Part shown: one piece after another, positions 19,785 to 28,633 of the stretch
How positions within the stretch are numbered: position 1 is the first letter of the stretch
Layout: every line of letters begins with the position of its first letter
From: Candidatus Muiribacteriota bacterium
Lineage (GTDB): Bacteria; Muiribacteriota; Muiribacteriia; Muiribacteriales; Muiribacteriaceae
Direction of reading: 5' to 3'
Assembly (NCBI GenBank): GCA_051747805.1
Contig: JBNJGP010000008.1
Span: forward strand, 1-46,861
DNA length: 46,861 nucleotides
Translations under genes and position numbers: made by a program
Notes under the pieces: generated by a model
Databases searched by the model: none
What the model was told of the DNA's origin: nothing
The model's input: the letters and a program-made list of their open reading frames with translations, nothing else

Positions 19785-20501
19785 TTAAAAATTCTTTTCG
19801 CACACAACAATAAAAGCAACACTATCTAAATTAAACTCATCCTTTTTAAACGACCCGTAAGTTTGAATATTTTTAAACCTTGTCATGTTTAAAAATTTTA
19901 TAATTTCATCACTTGTAGCGCCATAAAGCTTCTGGTTATTATTTATAATTTTGCCTGTTTCTTTTACAGTTAATCTGGTTTTAAAATTTATAATTTTATC
20001 TTTTAAAAAATCATATTCTCTTTCAAATTTAATTTTTTCATTCTCAATTAAAGGTAGTTTTTTTATGTTTTCTTTAAAAATCCTGTCATAGTTTAAAATT
20101 TGAAATAAAAATTTTTTATCTGGTTTTAAAGTTTTATTAACCTGAGCAAAAAAATTTGATAAACAACAGGAATTTTTAAGATGCACAAGAGTATTTCCAA
20201 AACATGCAATAACATCAAAAGGAGTGTGTTTAAATTTTTTTTCAATATTAAGCATATTCATTTTAAAAAATTTAATTTGCGGATATTTTTTGTGGGCAAG
20301 CTGAATCATTCTACTATCTAAATCAATACCAGTAACATCTAATTTTTTGGAAGCAAGCCAAGAAAATGCTCCGGTTGAACATCCTACATCAAGTAACGAT
20401 TTATCATCGTTTGTTAAAAATGAATTTAAAAATTCAAATTTAATTTTATTATCCAAAAAAATATCATCATAATATTCGCTTATTGATTCATAAAAATTCA
20501 T
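19785..20501 (-). CDS. Class I SAM-dependent methyltransferase
   Basis: LLDVGCSTG, TGIDL, CFGNTLVHL. Confidence 0.9.
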   Translation of the reverse strand: MNFYESISEYYDDIFLDNKIKFEFLNSFLTNDDKSLLDVGCSTGAFSWLASKKLDVTGIDLDSRMIQLAHKKYPQIKFFKMNMLNIEKKFKHTPFDVIACFGNTLVHLKNSCCLSNFFAQVNKTLKPDKKFLFQILNYDRIFKENIKKLPLIENEKIKFEREYDFLKDKIINFKTRLTVKETGKIINNNQKLYGATSDEIIKFLNMTRFKNIQTYGSFKKDEFNLDSVAFIVVCEKNF

Positions 20502-20515
20502 AATCCTCCACTTTT

Positions 20516-21064
20516 TTAAAATTTAAACACAGTAAATACGTATATTTCAATATTTTCAGGGTTTTTCCAGGCATCTGACGGTAATCCAGCTTTCTGTGAA
20601 CAGAGTTCCCCCATGAAAGCTTCTTTATCATTATTAAAATGCTCCCATACCTGAGGCAGAAACAATCCGGTAGCAAAATCTTTTTTAATCATTACACCAT
20701 GCTTTCCCGGTATAATTTCATCAAAATTTTTTATTTTTTTCATCGGTGATAAAACTGATATTTCAATATTAATATCTGGGAGTTCTGATTCTAATACAGG
20801 GGGAAATCTCGGGTCATTCATTGCCGCACTCACAGCAAGTTCTGAAACACCCTCAATAATAGAAGTCTGCGGAATAACTGTGCCTATGCAACCTCTTAAC
20901 ATTTCATTTTTATTTAAAGTAACAAAAACAGCCCTTTTCTGTTTTAACTCTTCATCATCAGTTTCAACAGCAAGTGGTTTTTTATTTTTTATATAATTTT
21001 TTATTGATTCTCTGGCAATTTCTTTTAATTTACTGCAATTTTCCTTTTTTAATTTAAAATCCAT
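20516..21064 (-). CDS. amrA: AMMECR1-domain protein (AmmeMemoRadiSam protein A)
   Basis: VFVTL...LRGCIG, DPRFPP, EISVLSP, FLPQV, KAGL. Start at ATG 21064 with AGGAGG SD. Confidence 0.92.
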   Translation of the reverse strand: MDFKLKKENCSKLKEIARESIKNYIKNKKPLAVETDDEELKQKRAVFVTLNKNEMLRGCIGTVIPQTSIIEGVSELAVSAAMNDPRFPPVLESELPDINIEISVLSPMKKIKNFDEIIPGKHGVMIKKDFATGLFLPQVWEHFNNDKEAFMGELCSQKAGLPSDAWKNPENIEIYVFTVFKF

Positions 21065-21072
21065 AAAACCTC

Positions 21073-23208
21073 CTAAATCCCAGGCATAAGAAAAATAAGA
21101 ATACCCAGCAAAGTAATAAAATAGCCCAAGTAAATCCTTATATGATAAGTATAACATGTATGAAGGCCCGTTGGCGAACTAATATTTTTAATTTCAATAT
21201 ACGGAATCGGAGCTCTTCTATACCAGCCCTCTATTTGTACGTTCTGCCCTTTATATCCACCAGCTTTTAATAATCCAAATAAAAAATTTAAAATTGCAAG
21301 TGGCTGGGAATAATCTAAAAACACAATACCTGTATCATCCTGAAGAATAAAATTGGGGTCCCATATCAATCCAGGTTTTCCACGACCAATAATTTTACCT
21401 TTTATATTAACAGGAACGCCTCTAATTGGTGAAACTTTAACTTTTTTCAACAAAGAGGAAACTTTCATCGTTGGGAAAAAATCAGAATTATATCTAAACT
21501 TATTACTGAAAATAAGAGAAACACCAAACAAAAGAAAGCATAATTTAAAAAGAATAGATGTATTCAGTCCCCACATAGAAGAACCTAACAAAACAAGACT
21601 AATACCAAAAAGCAAATTAGGCGTAAAATAATAAAAAACATCCATAAAAAAATCATTCCAGTAGCTTTCAGGCTGTTTTTCATCAAAGTCAATATAAGCA
21701 TTCTCTCCCTGAAACTGGGCCTGCTTACTCAAAGCAAGCAGTCTTTTTGCAATCAGAGGATGAGTTGAATGAATTTCAAAATATTTAGCCCATGGATTCC
21801 ACATATCCCATCTCATAGCTTTTTTTAAACCATCTTTGTTAACTTCGCCGCCCATCTTCTCAACACCAGTATTTTCTGAACCAAACCCCATCACAACAAA
21901 ACCTTTTGCAGAATTTTCATCAAAAATACCTAATGATTTAACAGAGTTTAAACTCTCATCTCTTTTATTTTTACTTCCTGTATTTTTACCCGCCATACCA
22001 TATCCAATTTTTACCAGAGCACTCGCCAGTTTTGACGGCGAAACATATTTCCCCGCAAATCTATCAGCATAATATTCACGAACTCTTGAAAAATAAAGAA
22101 CAATATATTGCGAAACAATGTATAAAACATAGGCTCCCATCGCAACAATCTGCTGTTGAAGCTTTCCTTTTGAACTTCCGGAACTTCTTCTTGAAAAACT
22201 TCTTACTCCCCTTCTGGTATTTCTATAAGGTGAAAGTACAGAATAAATATAATATAACAACATTGGAACAATCTGCATTATTGTCATTAAAAGCATATCC
22301 CAGTTAACAGCATGTCCAACTTCATGAGCCACTACGCCGTTAAGTTCATCTTCATCTAAAAGAGTAAACATTCCTTCGGTGAGAACAATTCTTGCATTGT
22401 TTGGATGATGGCCATATGTAAAAGCATTTGGAGAGCCATCTGGAATTAATCCAAAACTTGGACATTTTATATTATTTTTTGTACATATATTATTCATGAA
22501 TCTTTTTAAAGAGTCTGGAAGTTCATCATAAGTTAACCAGTTAACTCTATAAAGAAAGGTTTGAATAAAATCCATAATAAAAGGTGAAAAAATAAACTGA
22601 ATAAATATTATAATCAAATAAATTAAAAAGCCCTGATGAATATTTAAAATTCCAAAAAAACTTAAAGTTAGAATAACAAGGCCAAGTATTGTATATAAAC
22701 CTATTAAAGTAATAGATGAAATTAATCCCAGATTAGGAACAGACATTAATCCTCCTGCTCCTGCGGAAACCCTTTTATAAATATTTTTCTTTTCTTTTTT
22801 TGTGCTAACATCATTTTTTTTAGAAACAAAACCTTTATCAATATGAATTTCAATACCCATTTCCTTATGGCCAGGAAGAGCCTCTAACTCCCCTTTATCA
22901 AGGAATATTCCTTCAGTATCAGGATCATAATCAATTATTAATTTACCATCAAACAAACTTAATTCTAAAAGTTTATTACCAGTTTTAGGATTTTTTCTTT
23001 CAGTATCAGCAGGTTGTTTGGAGGCTTTATCAATATGGTATTTTAAATAACTTGGAGATTTTGTAAAAAAATAAATTTCACCTTTTTCCAGCCATATTCC
23101 ACCACAATCATCGCAATAATCAATTAAAACACCGTTTGAAGTTAAAACTTCTCTGAAGTTTTCACTCCCACAACCAGTACATTTGGGGTCGGAGCGTCGA
23201 TTTTTCAT
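21073..23208 (-). CDS. M48 (HtpX-like) membrane zinc metalloprotease with N-terminal Zn-ribbon repeats and a C-terminal extension
   Basis: CTGC...IDYCDDCGGIWLEKGE ribbon plus a Cys-less second copy, PNAFTYG, HEVGH, SRVREYYAD, STHP. Confidence 0.88.
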   Translation of the reverse strand: MKNRRSDPKCTGCGSENFREVLTSNGVLIDYCDDCGGIWLEKGEIYFFTKSPSYLKYHIDKASKQPADTERKNPKTGNKLLELSLFDGKLIIDYDPDTEGIFLDKGELEALPGHKEMGIEIHIDKGFVSKKNDVSTKKEKKNIYKRVSAGAGGLMSVPNLGLISSITLIGLYTILGLVILTLSFFGILNIHQGFLIYLIIIFIQFIFSPFIMDFIQTFLYRVNWLTYDELPDSLKRFMNNICTKNNIKCPSFGLIPDGSPNAFTYGHHPNNARIVLTEGMFTLLDEDELNGVVAHEVGHAVNWDMLLMTIMQIVPMLLYYIYSVLSPYRNTRRGVRSFSRRSSGSSKGKLQQQIVAMGAYVLYIVSQYIVLYFSRVREYYADRFAGKYVSPSKLASALVKIGYGMAGKNTGSKNKRDESLNSVKSLGIFDENSAKGFVVMGFGSENTGVEKMGGEVNKDGLKKAMRWDMWNPWAKYFEIHSTHPLIAKRLLALSKQAQFQGENAYIDFDEKQPESYWNDFFMDVFYYFTPNLLFGISLVLLGSSMWGLNTSILFKLCFLLFGVSLIFSNKFRYNSDFFPTMKVSSLLKKVKVSPIRGVPVNIKGKIIGRGKPGLIWDPNFILQDDTGIVFLDYSQPLAILNFLFGLLKAGGYKGQNVQIEGWYRRAPIPYIEIKNISSPTGLHTCYTYHIRIYLGYFITLLGILIFLMPGI

Positions 23209-24170
23209 TTCTTTCTCCTTATTCCATGTAATATTCGTCGATATAGTTTTTTAACCACTTGGTTTTTTTTAATTTTTTTATCAATATTAGCAATATTTCC
23301 GGATATAGTATTAGGTTTAATATCAAATATTTTCCCTATATCTCTTTTAGTCATTCTCGAATGTTCAGTAATAATTTTTATGGCTAATAATCTATAAAAA
23401 TTGTTATATTTTTTATTTAAAATTTCTGTTTTATTTAATTTAGTAACTTGACAAATTAAATTTAAAATATTTTTATATCCCCGAGGTCGAGAATCTACGT
23501 TACAAGTTAAATCCAGATTATTTTTTTCCTTATTAATATATTTTTCTTCAATATTTTTTACAAATTCTTTGCTTCCAATAATTGTTTTTTTATAAACATT
23601 TCTTTTAATATCTTTATCATTTATTAATTTATATAAACTTTTTGAATAATTTACAAAAGCGTCATTATAATTGGCACCAAAATTCTGTAAAATAAAATTT
23701 CTGTTTAAATTTTGAAGTGATTTTGATCGTATTCCTAGATAATACCCCAAAGAACTGTGTTTATAACTCAGAGCCAATTCAGCATTAAATTTTTTAATAG
23801 GATTTTGATGTATATAATTAACTAAAGTTAATGCATAATTATTTGAATCGACAACTATACTTTTATATCTACCGGCAAAAACGGCTCCACGAACACCATG
23901 CTTTTTAATGTACCAATTGGCATAACTATTATTTAAAACTCTCATGAAATTTGACAAGTTTGCTTCCGGTGTTTGAATAAATAAGTGATAATGATTATCC
24001 ATAATACAATAGGCATAACATATAATATTGTATTTTATCAGGTTCTTATCTAAATAATTAAGTAAAATAAATTTATGTTGATCATCCGGAAAAATATTTT
24101 CTTTCCTGATTCCTCTAGACATTATATGATAAAAAGCATTTTTAAACAAAATACGGAGTTGTCTTGCCAT
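23205..24170 (-). CDS. REP-associated tyrosine transposase (RAYT, Y1_Tnp) with a C-terminal DnaA-C/TrpR-like HTH
   Basis: MAR-LR...YHIMSRG, AYCIMDNHYHL (HUH), GAVFAGRYKS, catalytic YIHQNP, then an HTH-like tail (KRDIGKIFDIKPNTIS). Confidence 0.9.
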   Translation of the reverse strand: MARQLRILFKNAFYHIMSRGIRKENIFPDDQHKFILLNYLDKNLIKYNIICYAYCIMDNHYHLFIQTPEANLSNFMRVLNNSYANWYIKKHGVRGAVFAGRYKSIVVDSNNYALTLVNYIHQNPIKKFNAELALSYKHSSLGYYLGIRSKSLQNLNRNFILQNFGANYNDAFVNYSKSLYKLINDKDIKRNVYKKTIIGSKEFVKNIEEKYINKEKNNLDLTCNVDSRPRGYKNILNLICQVTKLNKTEILNKKYNNFYRLLAIKIITEHSRMTKRDIGKIFDIKPNTISGNIANIDKKIKKNQVVKKLYRRILHGIRRKK

Positions 24171-24187
24171 AATTATTTATTATATCA
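24171..24187 (-). promoter_or_regulatory. Extended -10 promoter, probably giving a near-leaderless transposase mRNA
   Basis: TG-A-TATAAT (24187-24179) lies 8 nt before the ATG; no SD. Confidence 0.55.
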
Positions 24188-24309
24188 TAGTTTGAAAATA
24201 ATTAAAACTTATGAAAAATCGACGCTCCGACCCCAAATATTTATTTAAGTTTTTTTGATTTTCTTACGATATATATTAGATTAACAATTCTAAAAGCAGG
24301 GAGGCTTTT

Positions 24310-24714
24310 ATGAATATAACATACAAGGAAGATAAACAGATTCTAATTGTTTCCATGAACGGAAATTTCAAAACTCATGATGAGGCAGAACTGGAGAATT
24401 TAAACAATATTCTCAATCAGGGTGACTTTAAAGGTGTTATTTTTAATATGAGAAACCTCCCATATATAAGTGGCCGCATTGTCGATAAATTTGTTCAGTT
24501 TTTAAATAACCTTTATCAGAAGGATTTTTCAATCAGACTTTATCAATTAAGACCGTATGTTAAAAATATTCTTATTAACTCTGGATTAATTCATGTGTTG
24601 AAAGTCACTGAGTTGATTGAAAAGGGAATTAAGGAAATCAAGCAGGAACATAGATTAAGTTATGCAAAAAATGAATTTAATTCCACCACAAATGCAAAAA
24701 GAAACAGTGCCTGA
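24310..24714 (+). CDS. STAS domain protein (anti-sigma-factor-antagonist-like)
   Basis: MNITYKE...IVSMNG, VIFNMRNLPYIS, VKNILINSGL pattern; GGGAGG SD. Confidence 0.75.
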   Translation: MNITYKEDKQILIVSMNGNFKTHDEAELENLNNILNQGDFKGVIFNMRNLPYISGRIVDKFVQFLNNLYQKDFSIRLYQLRPYVKNILINSGLIHVLKVTELIEKGIKEIKQEHRLSYAKNEFNSTTNAKRNSA

Positions 24715-24739
24715 ATTTAAAATTTTGGCCTTCCAAAAA

Positions 24740-25930
24740 TTAACTCCATGAGGCGATTTTTTTGCCAAAATCAACAGCCTCTTTCAGATTATTTTCATCC
24801 GGATTCCAGTTATTTCTTATTACATCATCCATAACTTCAAATCCAGCCTTTTCCATGGATTCTTTCAGTATTTTTGTACATTCCCCACTCCAGCCATAAC
24901 ATCCAAAAACGGCAGATTTTTTCTTTTTAAACTTCATCTCTCCCATTAAATGAATAAAACCGGCAACAGAATTTAAAATACTTCGGTTTATGGTTGGTGA
25001 ACCCATTACCACAGTTTTAGATTTAAAAACTTCAGTAAGTAAATCATTTATATCTGTTTTAGCAACATTTAAAAGCTTCACATTAACTTTTGCATCTTCT
25101 TCTTTTAATCCAAGAGCGATTTTTTCTGCTATTTTTTTAGTACCACTCCACATTGTGTCATAAACAACAGAAATCTGATTTTCCTGATAATTATCAGCCC
25201 ATTTTGAGTATAGATCAACTATCTGCATTGGATCATCACGCCATATGACACCATGACTTGGAGCTATCATGTCAATCGGAAGTCCAAACTCTGTAATTTC
25301 TTTCAACTTTTTAGTAAGCATCATTCCAAAGGGTGTCAGTATATTCGCATAATATTTTATTGCCTCTTGAATAAGCTCACATTTATCCACCATATCATTA
25401 AATAGATTTTCTGTTGCATAATGCTGTCCAAAAGCATCCATGCTGAATAGTATATTATCATTAGTAAGATATGTCGCCATACTGTCAGGCCAGTGGAGCA
25501 TTGGCATTTCAATAAATACCAGTTCTTTGCCATTTCCAATGTCAATCTTATCGCCTGTTTTTACAACATTAAAATTCCAGTCCTGATGATATTGACCTTT
25601 AATAGATTTAACTGCATTTGCAGTACAGTATATCGGCGTATTCGGAATTCGACGCATAAGCTCAGTAAGAGCACCACTATGGTCAACTTCGCCATGGTTC
25701 ATCACAATAAAATCGATTTTTTCAAGCTCTATTTCACTTTTTAAATTATTTACAAATTCATCTGCATAAGGAAGCCAAACAGTGTCAATCAGTACATTTT
25801 TTTCTTCCTGAATTAAATATGAATTATAACTTGAACCTTTATGAGTTGTAAGTTCTTCACCGTGAAAAGTTTTCAATTCCCAGTCAACTTTACCAACCCA
25901 GTTTACATTATTTTTAATATTTTTTTTCAT
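24740..25930 (-). CDS. fprA: Flavodiiron protein (FprA/NorV-like O2/NO reductase)
   Basis: SYNSYL, NHGEVDHSG, LHWPDSM, DAFGQH, PSHG, flavodoxin motifs TMWSGT and FGCYGWSG. Confidence 0.95.
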   Translation of the reverse strand: MKKNIKNNVNWVGKVDWELKTFHGEELTTHKGSSYNSYLIQEEKNVLIDTVWLPYADEFVNNLKSEIELEKIDFIVMNHGEVDHSGALTELMRRIPNTPIYCTANAVKSIKGQYHQDWNFNVVKTGDKIDIGNGKELVFIEMPMLHWPDSMATYLTNDNILFSMDAFGQHYATENLFNDMVDKCELIQEAIKYYANILTPFGMMLTKKLKEITEFGLPIDMIAPSHGVIWRDDPMQIVDLYSKWADNYQENQISVVYDTMWSGTKKIAEKIALGLKEEDAKVNVKLLNVAKTDINDLLTEVFKSKTVVMGSPTINRSILNSVAGFIHLMGEMKFKKKKSAVFGCYGWSGECTKILKESMEKAGFEVMDDVIRNNWNPDENNLKEAVDFGKKIASWS

Positions 25931-26176
25931 TATATACCCCTTTTTATAAAAACTTCTTTAATTTAGGTTTGGAAAAATTCATATAACAGTTTAAGTGTCA
26001 GCAACAGCTTAATTTCATAGTTTATCCAATCCTCGAGACTTTATTTTATAGAATATATATTATTTTAACAAATCAGAATATATTTTTCAAATGTTTTAAA
26101 TATATTTAAAAATTCGCTTTGACTTATAAAATGAAAATTGATATTATATTTTAAAAATGAATTATCAGGAGAATTT

Positions 26177-26494
26177 ATGAGTAAGATTGGATTTTGCAGT
26201 TCTTGTGGATATGAGTTCAGAGGTGGAGAAAACTGCTGTCCGAAATGTGGTAAAGTAATCAATGAAAATAAAATATTAAAACAGGAACTTAACACTAACT
26301 GGCTAATCACCCTGCTTATTGCAATATTTCTAGGTGAGTTCGGCGTACATAGATTTATTAATGGTAAAATTGGAACTGGATTATTAATGCTTATAACATT
26401 TGGTGGCTGCGGAATATGGTGGCTTGTTGATATTATATTAATTGCAACCGAACAATTTACAGACGCAAATGAAATCCCCGTTAAAAGATATTAA
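26177..26494 (+). CDS. Zn-ribbon + TM2 domain protein
   Basis: CSSCG...CPKCG, then FLGEFGVHRF...GIWWLVD. Start at ATG 26177 (AGGAG SD). Confidence 0.88.
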   Translation: MSKIGFCSSCGYEFRGGENCCPKCGKVINENKILKQELNTNWLITLLIAIFLGEFGVHRFINGKIGTGLLMLITFGGCGIWWLVDIILIATEQFTDANEIPVKRY

Positions 26495-26497
26495 AAA

Positions 26498-26779
26498 TTG
26501 AATTATTATTTTAAATTAAGACTGTTTTCTTTAACTTTTTTTCTATTGTTATTTATAATTCTACCTGTTGAAAAATTTGCTAATAAACATACATTATGTC
26601 TAATTAAAAAATTTACTGGTCACAACTGCCCAGGTTGTGGTACAACAAGGGCTTTCTACTCTATTTTACATTTTAACTTTTTAAAAGCTTATAAATATAA
26701 TAAATTAAGCATTATAACTTTTCCATTAGCAGTAATAGTTATATTTAAGTGGCTGAAAAATCCCCCATTAAACGATTAA
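26498..26779 (+). CDS. DUF2752 family membrane protein
   Basis: C....TG..CPGCG.TRA...YN motif; commonly neighbours TM2 genes. Confidence 0.85.
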   Translation: MNYYFKLRLFSLTFFLLLFIILPVEKFANKHTLCLIKKFTGHNCPGCGTTRAFYSILHFNFLKAYKYNKLSIITFPLAVIVIFKWLKNPPLND

Positions 26780-27960
26780 TCATTGTAAACTTTTTTAAAT
26801 GTCATTGGAAGCTTATTATTTAAATTTTTAGAAAAAAGAAGCTGGAAAATATCAAGCCCTGAAACTCTGAAATTTGCAGAACATCCTCTTAAATATAGTT
26901 CCCACATTCTAGCAAAACGTCTTCCGTATTTTTTTTCTACTTTATCCCAGACCTTTTTATAATTTTCATACCATAGCTGAGTTGTTCTTGCATAATGAAG
27001 GCGAAGACTTTCCGCATGTAGCAGATGAAAGTCATAATCAGGAAAAAGTGATATGGTTTCTCTTAAAGACGGAATATATCCACCTGGAAAAATATATTTA
27101 TTGGTCCAGGAGTTTCCAAAATTTTCACGCGAGCCCATAATTGAATGCAATAACGAAAGTCCTCCTTTTTTTAACAGAGAATATACTTTCTGCATATATT
27201 TTTCATGATTCCCATAACCAACATGTTCATACATACCAACACTTACAATTTTATCAAATTTAATATTCTCATCCAGGTCAAGATAATCCATCAAATGAAC
27301 ATACACTTTATCAGATAGTCCCTGCTCTTTAATTCGTTCGCAAGTTTTATCATATTGTTGCTTACTTAAAGTAATTCCGGTAGCCTGAACATCATATTCC
27401 TTTGCTGCCTTAAGTATAAGCCAACCCCATCCACTGCCGATATCCAGCAGTTTCTGGCCAGGTTTTAAATTCAGTTTTTTTAAAATATGATCCACCTTAT
27501 TCATTTGAGCCTCATAAATCGAATCATTGTCAGATTTGAAATAGGCACAGGAATAATTCATAGTTTCATCAAGCCAGAGAGAAAAAAAATCATTTCCTAA
27601 ATCATAATGATGTTGAATATTTTCTTTTTGTTTGCTTTTTAAATTAATTTTATTTAATACTTTAGAGGTCATTTTTAAAAATTTACTTTTTGGCCCTTTA
27701 AAAAGTCTGCTGTGCTCAGAAACTATCTTTATTATAAAATCAAAATCACCCTTAAAATCTATAATATCATCCATATAAGCTTCTCCAAAAGATAAAACAG
27801 GATCATTAATATCAAAATCCAATGGTAATTCTTTATGGAAGACAACTTTTAAAACAGATTCACCTGAACCATATTTTTTTAAATCACCATCCCAGTATTT
27901 AACCTCGAAACCAGGTTCCTTGATTTTTTTTAAAAATTTGTGAATTGTATTTTTTTTCAT
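26776..27960 (-). CDS. cfa: Cyclopropane-fatty-acyl-phospholipid synthase family methyltransferase
   Basis: HYDLGNDFF, YSCAYF, LDIGSGWG, SVGMYEHVG, YIFPGG, RMWELYL. Confidence 0.95.
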   Translation of the reverse strand: MKKNTIHKFLKKIKEPGFEVKYWDGDLKKYGSGESVLKVVFHKELPLDFDINDPVLSFGEAYMDDIIDFKGDFDFIIKIVSEHSRLFKGPKSKFLKMTSKVLNKINLKSKQKENIQHHYDLGNDFFSLWLDETMNYSCAYFKSDNDSIYEAQMNKVDHILKKLNLKPGQKLLDIGSGWGWLILKAAKEYDVQATGITLSKQQYDKTCERIKEQGLSDKVYVHLMDYLDLDENIKFDKIVSVGMYEHVGYGNHEKYMQKVYSLLKKGGLSLLHSIMGSRENFGNSWTNKYIFPGGYIPSLRETISLFPDYDFHLLHAESLRLHYARTTQLWYENYKKVWDKVEKKYGRRFARMWELYLRGCSANFRVSGLDIFQLLFSKNLNNKLPMTFKKVYND

Positions 27961-28154
27961 TAGATTTCCTCCTATTTAGTTGGAATTAATGTCAAGTTAC
28001 TTATATTATATTATAACATAATAAAATCCAATGGCAAAAATAATTAAAACTTAATAATTTAATTCAAATTATTTTTTAATTCTTTAGAGCAGTCCCTGAG
28101 TTTTTTTTAAAACCATCATCAATTTCAAAAGCTGAGAATACCCTTTTCATAATA

Positions 28155-28307
28155 TCAACTCGCAGGAAACCAGTTTTTTGTTTTATTAGCAATTTTAACC
28201 AGTATAAGCATTACAGGAACTTCAACAAGCACCCCAACAATAGTAGCTAAAACAACAGGTGCAACAGTAGCAAAAAAACCAATACTATCTTATTTTTGTT
28301 TAATCAT
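28155..28307 (-). pseudogene. acr3: acr3 arsenite efflux remnant (large internal deletion plus early stop)
   Basis: GGAGGT SD, then MIKQK*DSIGFF (Acr3-like N-terminus) fused in frame to [38 protein letters not shown] (Acr3 C-terminal GVLVEVP motif). Confidence 0.85.
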
Positions 28308-28324
28308 AAATTACCTCCATTTTA

Positions 28325-28597
28325 TCAACAACATTCCTCACTACAATCACCATTTCCTAATCCTGTAATTGCATAAGCGCAACCTACACCTTTATTAACA
28401 AACAAAGCCCCTGAAATACAATTATTCATACATGCTCCGCATTCCATACACTTGTTTTTATCTACAATTTCAACTTTATTATTAATAATATGAAAAACTC
28501 TATGCGGACATACAGTTACACAAATAAAACAATTAATACATTTTTGTTTATCAAAGCTTAAAGTAGTAACATTTTTTAAATATTTATGTCTCATCAT
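28325..28597 (-). CDS. hgcB: Mercury methylation ferredoxin HgcB
   Basis: YLKNVTTL, two CxxCxxCxxxC motifs including CMECGAC, GVGCA, C-terminal CC; directly after hgcA. Confidence 0.95.
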   Translation of the reverse strand: MMRHKYLKNVTTLSFDKQKCINCFICVTVCPHRVFHIINNKVEIVDKNKCMECGACMNNCISGALFVNKGVGCAYAITGLGNGDCSEECC

Positions 28598-28633
28598 GAC
28601 TCCTTTTGAAAAAATTTGCTAAACTTGAGTTCA

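Larger units (their letters stand above)
23181..24238 (-). mobile_element. Inverted-repeat-bounded HUH/Y1 transposase element
   Basis: Perfect 28-bp inverted repeats ATTTGGGGTCGGAGCGTCGATTTTTCAT (23181-23208) and its reverse complement (24211-24238) enclose only the transposase gene and its promoter. Confidence 0.82.

Noticed and set aside
23185..23208. GGGGTC ends as Tn3-family IRs
   Set aside because: The repeat is shorter than the 38-bp Tn3 IR, no Tn3 DDE transposase or resolvase is present, and the enclosed gene is a HUH enzyme.
9227..24238. Four repeat copies as a CRISPR array, or as the ends of a composite transposon carrying Wadjet
   Set aside because: The copies are inverted pairs rather than regularly spaced direct repeats, and there are no cas genes. 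The 15-kb interval includes housekeeping-type genes (yqeY, phosphatase) and shows no target duplication.
28076..28150. 24-codon ORF MKRVFSAFEIDDGFKKNSGTALKN after the acr3 remnant
   Set aside because: It has no SD and no recognisable motif. It may be further debris but cannot be supported.
28322..28333. HgcB ending TGT TGT TGA TAA as a possible Cys-Cys-Sec
   Set aside because: No SECIS-like hairpin follows, and TGA TAA double stops also end arsP and jetC, so this is an ordinary tandem stop.
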